A stretch of DNA of 39,167 bases, from contig JBGOUP010000001.1 of the NCBI GenBank assembly GCA_041477655.1, forward strand, positions 1-39,167, in the 5' to 3' direction. The notes under the pieces are model-generated. The model had not been told where the DNA came from. It searched no databases and saw only the letters and a program-made list of their open reading frames with translations. Numbering within the stretch: position 1 is the stretch's first letter; the number at the start of each line of letters is the position of its first letter. Positions 1-5,805 of the stretch are shown here, one piece after another. The translations under genes were made by a program, and so were the position numbers. This stretch comes from Patescibacteria group bacterium. Lineage in GTDB: Bacteria; Patescibacteriota; UBA1384; 2-12-FULL-50-11.

Positions 1-140
1 CAAACAAGGTGATACTGATGTTGGTAGACGCAATGGGACAGATTCTGGGTTCTCATGAGCAAAACGTACCACCTCTGACGAGGTGGTACGAGTGGTACGA
101 TTCATCCACGGACTAACGTCCGTGGTTCTCTCTAAGAGAA
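1..140 (-). mobile_element. tnpA: Left-end portion of an IS200/IS605-family element, truncated by the window edge. It carries the first 18 codons of tnpA (56 down to 1).
   Basis: The reverse complement of 1..140 is identical over 140/140 nt (hand-aligned) to 38785..38924. Minus-strand ATG at 56 reads MRTQNLSHCVYQHQYHLV. Two subterminal hairpins upstream of the ATG: ccacggac-taac-gtccgtgg (107..126) and gtaccacctc-tgac-gaggtggtac (66..89). Confidence 0.85.
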
Positions 141-162
141 AAAGGACGGAATTTTTCCGTCC
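139..162 (-). terminator. Rho-independent terminator of the 163..951 gene
   Basis: On the minus strand: ggacgga-aaaat-tccgtcc followed by TTTTT, starting right after the stop codon at 163..165. Confidence 0.7.
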
Positions 163-951
163 TCAATTGAGGCAAACCATTTGTCGATGACGTTGAACGG
201 TTACCTCGGAAAAAACCACTAAGCCATCAGTTAGGTGATTGAGTTGGTGAAGGATATCGCTCCACCGATACAAAAAGCTTAGGTTGACCGTTTCATCGTT
301 GATAATATGGTAACGATCATAAATACCGACCAGCCAACGGGCCAATTCCTCTTCAATAATATCCTGTAACCAACGGTCTAGTCCGAGTATTGACGGACCA
401 CCGATCTGTCGAATCACCGCATTAGCCGGGTTATCGATTAAATCCCTAAATCGGGAGTAGTCGCCGGCCTGACGCAGGTTAACAACGTAGAGACCACCGC
501 CAATCTTCTCTTCCCATCGTCTGGTTCGACTGCATAGGTCGACGGTGGTAATGGATTGTTTAGGGTAATGCCAGAGAATTAGATAAGCACGTTTGCTCTT
601 AACCCAGGCTATCTGACCGTCGCTAAATTGAAATGCCCATACTCGCTTATGACCATCGAATATCACCTCAATTACGGACAGCTCTTTGGCTTGGTTAATT
701 AGCCTCTTCCTTACCGTATATAGACTTTCTCCAGTCACCAGCGCCACCAACCCAAACAACGGTAATTCCCAACCCCAAGCAAAAGCAAAGAGGTCGGGCA
801 TTCTCAATAGATACTTGGTAGTCAATCCTATCACCACTAGTTGCAGACTTAAGGCTCCGATCAGTTGGATAGAGGAACCAAATCGGTACAGTCTGACACG
901 TTTGGTTAAACGCACCAAATTGTTGAACTCATGTAAAGTTGCGTCTTCCAA
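163..951 (-). CDS. Hypothetical membrane protein (262 aa)
   Basis: TTG start preceded by AAGGAGG with a 6-nt spacer. Two hydrophobic helices near the N-terminus (IQLIGALSLQLVVIGL, ELPLFGLVALVTG). No family recognised. Confidence 0.6.
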   Translation of the reverse strand: MEDATLHEFNNLVRLTKRVRLYRFGSSIQLIGALSLQLVVIGLTTKYLLRMPDLFAFAWGWELPLFGLVALVTGESLYTVRKRLINQAKELSVIEVIFDGHKRVWAFQFSDGQIAWVKSKRAYLILWHYPKQSITTVDLCSRTRRWEEKIGGGLYVVNLRQAGDYSRFRDLIDNPANAVIRQIGGPSILGLDRWLQDIIEEELARWLVGIYDRYHIINDETVNLSFLYRWSDILHQLNHLTDGLVVFSEVTVQRHRQMVCLN

Positions 952-1023
952 CCTCCACCTCCTTTGGTTGAGACAAAAATAATTATACTCCTCTCACCAA
1001 CCGATCAGCAATCGGAAGAAAAC

Positions 1024-1046
1024 TTGACATGTTCGGTATTTGTTCG
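1024..1046 (+). promoter_or_regulatory. Candidate LexA operator fused to a TTGACA -35-like hexamer (TTGACAtGTTCGgtatttGTTCG)
   Basis: 22/23 nt identical to 3766..3788, which lies upstream of lexA. Contains GTTC-N7-GTTC (GTTCG direct repeat, 11-bp period). Sits upstream of the small-ORF/dinB operon. Confidence 0.6.
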
Positions 1047-1251
1047 TGTATTGTAGGAAGATGAAGAAATACTTTGCCAGCAGACACTGTCAGATTTTTC
1101 CGGCGAAAATCTGCAGTTCGATCTCGGCTAATTTGTACGCCAGCCGGCGTAACCAAGCTAAATTAGCCTCCGATACGCTACCGTCAAAGCATCCTTCATC
1201 AGTTATGGAGACATCTTCCATCAATATTTTGGTGTGGTTAGGTAGGAAAGA

Positions 1252-1506
1252 ATGATCGAAACTAAAGAAGCCATCGGTGAACCAGTTAAGGTTATTGTTA
1301 GTTTTTCACCAGGTAAAATTCGTCTGCATTTTTTTGAGTGGCAGAGTCGGACTTACAGGGTTGAATCAATGAATCTTTTCCATATTGCCAAAGACGCCGA
1401 CAAGCATCTCTACCATTTTTCCGTTAGTTCTGATGGTAACAGTTATGAGCTGGTTTTTGACCCAACCACCCTGACTTGGCAGTTAGAGGAGGTGGTGAGT
1501 GCTTAA
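1252..1506 (+). CDS. Hypothetical 84-aa protein, first clear gene of the putative SOS-controlled dinB operon
   Basis: ATG preceded by AGGAAAG. Not low-complexity. No family recognised. Confidence 0.55.
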   Translation: MIETKEAIGEPVKVIVSFSPGKIRLHFFEWQSRTYRVESMNLFHIAKDADKHLYHFSVSSDGNSYELVFDPTTLTWQLEEVVSA

Positions 1507-1743
1507 AAAACTCGAAACTCGAAATCCGGCCATTCGACAGAGCTCCGGCCGCCTCGAGCAAAGTCGTCTTTCGACATCGCTCAAGACGACCATGAGCCCA
1601 TCGAATGGTCGAGAGGCGAAATCCGAAACGGTTCGATCAACTCACCGTCCTGAGTGCAATCGAAGGACAAGCTCAAAATTTAAATTTTTGAACTTAGAAC
1701 ATTGGAATTTGTTTAGAGTTTCGGGCTTCGAATTTCGGATTTT
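1505..1743 (+). repeat. Palindromic element R1 filling the gap between the 84-aa ORF and dinB. It is open in one frame (ORF 1499..1750).
   Basis: Imperfect terminal inverted repeats: aaaaactcgaaactcgaa at the 5' end versus ttcgaatttcggatttt at the 3' end, about 15 of 18 positions. GC-rich core with stems gtcgtctt/aagacgac and ccattcga/tcgaatgg. The AT-rich arms share words with 2158..2296 inside dinB. Confidence 0.55.
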
Positions 1744-1746
1744 AAA

Positions 1747-3213
1747 ATGAGCCAAAGGATCATTTTACATCTGGACGTCAATTCTTATTTCGCAACAATG
1801 GAGCAACAGGCATATCCTAATTTAAGAGGTAAGCCGATAGGAGTGGCGGGAAAGGATGAGCGGATGTCTGGGAGACATTCGCGAACGGAAGCTCCGAAAA
1901 GCGGCATAATGTCTTTTGGCCGCTTTGCAGGAGCGAGTGGAGGCGAGCGAACAGTAGTGGCCGGAGCTTCAATTGAGGCCAAAAAGTTTGGTGTCAAATC
2001 GGGTATGTCCAGCTGGGAAGCCCGGAAACTCTGTCCGGGAATTATTATCGTCGCCGCCAATTACGATCGCTACATCTTCACTAGTAAACGAATTTTTTCT
2101 TTGATGGAACGCTTCAGCCCAACGGTGGAGGTTTTTTCCATCGACGAAGCCTTTCTAATAATAAACTCTAAGCTCGAAACTCTAAGCTCTAAACAAATCC
2201 AAATGCTTAAAAATCAAATTTACAAAAATGATTCGGATTTTGAAAATTGGAATTTGAAATTTGTTTCGAACTTAGGATTTAGTGCTTCGGATTTTGCCTA
2301 CCTTCAGGCTATTGATATTGCCGTACAATTAAAGCAACTGATCAGGACACATATCGGCTCTTGGGTGAGCGTTTCTATCGGTATTTCTTATGGCCGAACT
2401 CTAGCTAAGCTAGCTTCAGAGCTACAAAAACCCGACGGCCTAACGGTTATTAAACCTGAAGATTTCGCTCGGATCGCTAAAACAACGCCAATCGAAGAGC
2501 TCTGCGGTATTGGCTATCGCCTCCGACCACGCCTAAATCAGCTGGGCATTAGCACCATTGCCGAATTAGGTAGCGCTCCAAGAGAAATGCTAGTCAGGGT
2601 CTTTGGCGATTTCACGGGGTCGTGGCTAGCCGATATCGGACGGGGAATTGACGATAATCAGTTACGCTCATTTCGCCAATTACCTCAAGAGAAATCGGTC
2701 GGCCATTCATATACCTTGCCTCACGACTTAGCTTCGATGACCGAAGTTAAAAAAGTCATGTTGCTATTGGCCGAGAGGGTAGGGGTGCGACTTAGACGTA
2801 AAGGTCTTATGGGTAAAACGGTTTCGGTCTACGTTCGCTTTTACGACAAAACTGGTTGGGGCCAGCAAATGGCCATTAAAGATTATTTAATGGACGGATT
2901 GGCTATTTATAAAGTTGGAGCCGAACTACTAGACTTAATCATCCAGCCCAAACCCGTTCGCTTGATCGCCATTACGGTTAGCGATTTAGTCACCCAAGTT
3001 CAGACGACCAAGCCGCTTTTTGTAGTTAATCAACGCTACGAGCAATTGGTTGGAGCGATCGATAAAATCAATAATCGTTACGGTGAATTTACGGTTTTTC
3101 GGGGAGCTCTGGCCAAAATGAAACAGCGTATCTTCAAACTACCCGATGGTCGTAACAAACGACACTATCTGCCGGAAATTACTCACATTAATCCGTTTAC
3201 AAAGAGGGTGTAA
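1747..3213 (+). CDS. dinB: Y-family DNA polymerase IV (DinB) with two extra internal segments
   Basis: LHLDVNSYFATME, SIDEAFL and ISYGRTLAKLASELQKPDG motifs. 488 aa versus about 350-400 aa typical. ATG overlaps the upstream ORF stop (ATGA). Confidence 0.9.
   Translation: MSQRIILHLDVNSYFATMEQQAYPNLRGKPIGVAGKDERMSGRHSRTEAPKSGIMSFGRFAGASGGERTVVAGASIEAKKFGVKSGMSSWEARKLCPGIIIVAANYDRYIFTSKRIFSLMERFSPTVEVFSIDEAFLIINSKLETLSSKQIQMLKNQIYKNDSDFENWNLKFVSNLGFSASDFAYLQAIDIAVQLKQLIRTHIGSWVSVSIGISYGRTLAKLASELQKPDGLTVIKPEDFARIAKTTPIEELCGIGYRLRPRLNQLGISTIAELGSAPREMLVRVFGDFTGSWLADIGRGIDDNQLRSFRQLPQEKSVGHSYTLPHDLASMTEVKKVMLLLAERVGVRLRRKGLMGKTVSVYVRFYDKTGWGQQMAIKDYLMDGLAIYKVGAELLDLIIQPKPVRLIAITVSDLVTQVQTTKPLFVVNQRYEQLVGAIDKINNRYGEFTVFRGALAKMKQRIFKLPDGRNKRHYLPEITHINPFTKRV
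2158..2296 (+). repeat. Palindromic element R2 inserted in frame in dinB (about aa 139-186)
   Basis: Inverted repeat ctaagctcgaaac (2168..2180) / gtttcgaacttag (2263..2275), 12/13 complementary. AT-rich. Shares the words ctcgaaact, attggaatttg, gaacttag and ttcggatttt with R1. Confidence 0.6.
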
Positions 3214-3214
3214 A

Positions 3215-3494
3215 TCAAAACTCCGGTTGGGTCTCTGTGCGACGTACAGATTGAGACCCTAACCGGAGCGACTTGTGCCAAACAAACCGAGAAGTTTGGC
3301 AAATGGTGCCCTTTGGTTCCTTAATCCCCTGGGAAAGAAACTGGCCGTGTTTATTCTTAGCAACCTTACCGAGGAAGCCAACCTTACACCCGAGAATTGC
3401 CCAAACACCAACCAACTAATCCGAAACCGAAAGACGATGTGAAGTACTTAAGAATGCCTACTAACAGGCTGGGCTGATTTCAAATAGTTGTCAA
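3215..3494 (-). ncRNA. Candidate unclassified minus-strand transcript ending at the 3217..3268 terminator
   Basis: Orphan terminator with no credible CDS; the 66-aa ORF 3215..3415 runs through hairpins and looks non-protein-like. Extra hairpin tgccaaac/gtttggca (3276..3301). Possible weak promoter: TTGACA (3494..3489), 17 nt, CAGCCT. Confidence 0.3.
3217..3268 (-). terminator. Minus-strand intrinsic terminator abutting the dinB stop codon
   Basis: 15-bp stem, ctccggttgggtctc (3221..3235) / gagaccctaaccggag (3253..3268), with one bulge. A T-run (TTTT) follows only on the minus strand (3217..3220). Confidence 0.55.
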
Positions 3495-3765
3495 GCCCCT
3501 CCTAGCGGTGGAATTTGATAATGAGTGGTCATCCCCGAATGAATCTTCCCGGGCTCCCGCCCAGGGTATCTTCTTCTTCACTCCGCACTGCCGTGCTTGG
3601 CAAAGCGGCGAGGGCTCTCATCCACTGGCTTTGGCCCGTGGTATTCTCGCTAAGAATAAAGATGTTTTCAACGGTTATTCTCTTCTGTTTTAGCGTGCTA
3701 GGGGGTAGGAGGTTGAGGAAGGGGGAACGCTTCGCAGTAGATCCCCCTTCCTCGCATAATATCTC

Positions 3766-3788
3766 TTGACAAGTTCGGTATTTGTTCG
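3766..3788 (+). promoter_or_regulatory. Candidate LexA operator plus TTGACA upstream of lexA (TTGACAaGTTCGgtatttGTTCG)
   Basis: Near-identical copy of 1024..1046. An autoregulatory position for lexA is expected. Confidence 0.6.
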
Positions 3789-3819
3789 CTACGCTCAATA
3801 TATAATAAAGGAACTTAAA

Positions 3820-3965
3820 GTGGTGAATATATTTCTTGAGCGGTCGTCTCGCAGACTTGCCAGCTTGGTTTCCGAGCCTTGCGAGGAATGGCAAGTCGAG
3901 AGCGAGTAGTCGATCTATCTCTGGAATAGATCGACTACGTACCGATGAAGAAATATATTCACCAC
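3820..3965 (+). repeat. 146-nt element in the lexA leader closed by a perfect 18-bp inverted repeat
   Basis: gtggtgaatatatttctt (3820..3837) pairs with aagaaatatattcaccac (3948..3965). Two internal hairpins: gacttgcca/tggcaagtc (3854..3897) and gtagtcgatcta/tagatcgactac (3906..3938). The 3' arm ends 1 nt before the GAGGAGG Shine-Dalgarno (SD) sequence. Confidence 0.6.
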
Positions 3966-3976
3966 GAGGAGGAACA

Positions 3977-4573
3977 ATGCTCACACCTAAACAAAAACTA
4001 ATTTTAGATTTTATAGATTCATTTATTAATGATAACGGCTACGCGCCTAGTTATCGGGAGATTGCTGAAAACTTTGGCTTTTCGTCGGTGGCAACGGTGG
4101 CCGAACATATTGATAATTTAAAAAACAAAGGCTACTTAACTAATTCTGATTCTGGTTATCGTTCTATCCAGCCAATTGAAGTAGAGGCCGGTAATGCCCT
4201 AATGAATTTGGTGGTGCCACTGCTTGGCGCCATCCGAGCTGGCAAACCAATCGAAGCCATCAAGACCGATCTGTCACTGGAAGTGCCTCGCGACATGATG
4301 GGTAAAAACGTCTTTGCCCTGCGAGTCCGGGGCGACTCAATGAAAGACGACGGCATTTTAGACGGCGATTTTGTGGTGATTGAGCCCTGCACCAATCCAA
4401 AAAACGGTGATATTGTAGTGGCCTTGATTGACAAAGACAACGTGACCTTAAAGCGATTTTATCGGGAAAAAGATCATATTCGCTTGCAACCAGCTAACGC
4501 CAATTATCAGCCAATCCGGGTTAAGAAAGTTAGTATCCAGGGCCGGGTAAGGGGAGTAATCCGAAAGTTTTAA
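3977..4573 (+). CDS. lexA: LexA repressor (198 aa)
   Basis: Winged-helix N-terminus (YAPSYREIAENFGFSSVATVAEHIDNLKNKGYL), Ala-Gly cleavage region (AIRAGKP), GDSM serine and the LKRF lysine. ATG at 3977 preceded by GAGGAGG. The ORF-track start at 3836 is an upstream extension. Confidence 0.93.
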   Translation: MLTPKQKLILDFIDSFINDNGYAPSYREIAENFGFSSVATVAEHIDNLKNKGYLTNSDSGYRSIQPIEVEAGNALMNLVVPLLGAIRAGKPIEAIKTDLSLEVPRDMMGKNVFALRVRGDSMKDDGILDGDFVVIEPCTNPKNGDIVVALIDKDNVTLKRFYREKDHIRLQPANANYQPIRVKKVSIQGRVRGVIRKF

Positions 4574-4588
4574 GTATCTAAGTAATTG

Positions 4589-4735
4589 AATACCCCGCCG
4601 TTTGATGTTGGCGGGGTATTGGGTGACGGGAAACTGTGTTCCATGAGCAACGAGGTACGTTACGGTAGGATGTGCTCCCTTGGGGTGCAAAACCTTCGGG
4701 CTTGCGCGCACGCACAGTTCCACAGCGTTCGGATT
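4589..4735 (-). ncRNA. Candidate small RNA (about 150 nt), convergent with lexA
   Basis: Minus-strand promoter: TTGACA (4770..4765), 17 nt, TAAATT (4747..4742). Ends in an 11-bp hairpin aataccccgcc/ggcggggtatt (4589..4620). An internal stem gcaagcc-cgaa-ggttttgc pairs fully only on the minus strand (G-U there, A-C on plus). No credible ORF. Confidence 0.35.
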
Positions 4736-4814
4736 CTATTTAATTTACCCCAAATCGTTGGGCATGTCAAGTAGTCTACCCAAGAAAAGTTGTAATGTCC
4801 AAGTGGTATGATAT

Positions 4815-5087
4815 ATGTCAGACATGGCTCGCCACAGCACTCGCAAGCTTTTTCTGTTTGGTCGTTACTCGTTGGCTTTGTTACTACCCAAACGCTGGCT
4901 GACAGAATTAGGTATTGTTGCTGGCCAACAGGTTGAGCTGAAATTCGATAAAACTAAAAAACGAGTGATTGTATATTTATTTGGCGGCGATACAGCTAAG
5001 CAGATTAGGAAAACATCAACCAACCCAGCCCAAAAAGGAGAGTCAGTTCAAGAAGAAGGGGACTGGCAGGAAATTCCACCGGTTTAG
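4815..5087 (+). CDS. AbrB/MazE/SpoVT-type DNA-binding domain protein (90 aa)
   Basis: SLALLLPKRWLTELGIVAGQQVELKFD resembles a swapped-hairpin AbrB-like domain. Acidic/basic tail. TGgTATGAT extended -10 at 4804..4812. An alternative ATG is at 4824. Confidence 0.55.
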   Translation: MSDMARHSTRKLFLFGRYSLALLLPKRWLTELGIVAGQQVELKFDKTKKRVIVYLFGGDTAKQIRKTSTNPAQKGESVQEEGDWQEIPPV

Positions 5088-5233
5088 TCTTGAGAAAAAT
5101 GGGTTTTGGAACTAGCTCTTGAGAAAGTTCCGTTTTGGAACTATCACATGAGACCGTCTTGCTTTGGAACTATCTCTTGAGACAGTTCCGTTTTGGAACT
5201 ATCGCTTGAGACAGCCCCATATTGAGACTATGG
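5088..5233 (+). repeat. Tandem array of about 4.5 units (26-32 bp) of a palindrome-containing repeat, with no spacers
   Basis: Unit consensus tcttgaga(a/c)AGTTCCgttttGGAACTatc. Units at 5088, 5117, 5149, 5175 and 5206, the last degenerate. Starts 1 nt after the AbrB-like stop codon. Confidence 0.85.
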
Positions 5234-5245
5234 TAGGGGCAATCA

Positions 5246-5764
5246 ATGCCACGAGATTTAGACTTTGTTAGGCGCCCTCGCCGAGAATCACCGACGATTC
5301 ATAAACCAAGTCGACAACCGCGTTCAGGCTCGATGGCAATAGCCTTTGTCATAATAATTTTAGTGGTCGGCGGGATTTTAGTCGCTCAATACCTAAGCTC
5401 AAAACCAACCAGCGCCCCAGCATTAAACGCCGGCCAAACGCCAACCACATCTACGACACCACCAACAAATTCAACCACGCCAACTAACCAAACAAAATCT
5501 AGTCAGGCGGTCATTCAAATCTATGATTCCGGTGGAGGGGCTGACGAGCTCAAGAAAGTCAGCGACAGCTTAGCCAAGACCTATCAGATCAAGAACCTTG
5601 GCCCGTCGCAATTCGACTATGACAAAACGTATGTTTGGTATCGCAAAGAGTTTAAGACTGACGCCAACGCCATTGCCAAATTATTGAGCGATCGGGATGT
5701 CTCGCTCAAAGAATCAGAGATTTCCGGCGTATTTGATATCCTGGTTTACGTGGGTAAGAAGTGA
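5246..5764 (+). CDS. Membrane-anchored LytR_C-like domain protein (172 aa)
   Basis: N-terminal TM helix (IAFVIIILVVGGILVA), Thr/Pro-rich linker, and a C-terminal block (VIQIYDSGGGADELKKVSDSL...ANAIAKLL) resembling the LytR/CpsA/Psr C-terminal domain. Confidence 0.5.
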   Translation: MPRDLDFVRRPRRESPTIHKPSRQPRSGSMAIAFVIIILVVGGILVAQYLSSKPTSAPALNAGQTPTTSTTPPTNSTTPTNQTKSSQAVIQIYDSGGGADELKKVSDSLAKTYQIKNLGPSQFDYDKTYVWYRKEFKTDANAIAKLLSDRDVSLKESEISGVFDILVYVGKK

Positions 5765-5805
5765 GGCGCTCTTTACTCATCCCGTCCTGCCTGTAAAGTA
5801 TAAGT

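Noticed and set aside
686-982. Antisense or nested ORFs listed in the track. Examples: 686..982, 1785..2060, 4156..4440, 6977..7645, 8503..8877, 14607..14951, 15628..16407, 17355..18017, the 21747..24629 set, 27783..28357, the 29688..32489 plus-strand set, 33096..34615, 38000..38287.
   Set aside because: Each lies inside, and on the opposite strand or in another frame of, a well-supported conserved gene. All lack an RBS or promoter and recognisable motifs.
3238-3250. Shared 11-mer tgtgcgacgta with 29189..29199, as a possible dispersed repeat
   Set aside because: An 11-nt match between two sites in 39 kb is expected many times by chance, and the flanks do not align.
3214-3976. RNase P RNA, tmRNA, SRP RNA or 6S RNA in the large dinB-lexA gap
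   Set aside because: I looked on both strands and found none of the hallmarks. Missing are GAGGAAAGUCCGGGC / ACAGAA.CCGGCUUA (RNase P), a GGGG.UGA 5' end with a complementary ...CCACCA 3' end and T-arm (tmRNA), and GGUCCGGAAGGAAGCAGCC (SRP). Only loose partial resemblances exist (gaatcttcccgggctcc, gggctgatttc, ccgaggaagcc).
3836-3976. 47-codon N-terminal extension of lexA (track start 3836, TTG)
   Set aside because: The extension runs through the hairpin cassette. The canonical LexA N-terminus begins at the ATG at 3977, which has a GAGGAGG SD.
5088-5233. Possible CRISPR array
   Set aside because: The units are contiguous with no unique spacers, the period is only 26-32 bp, and there are no cas genes in the window.
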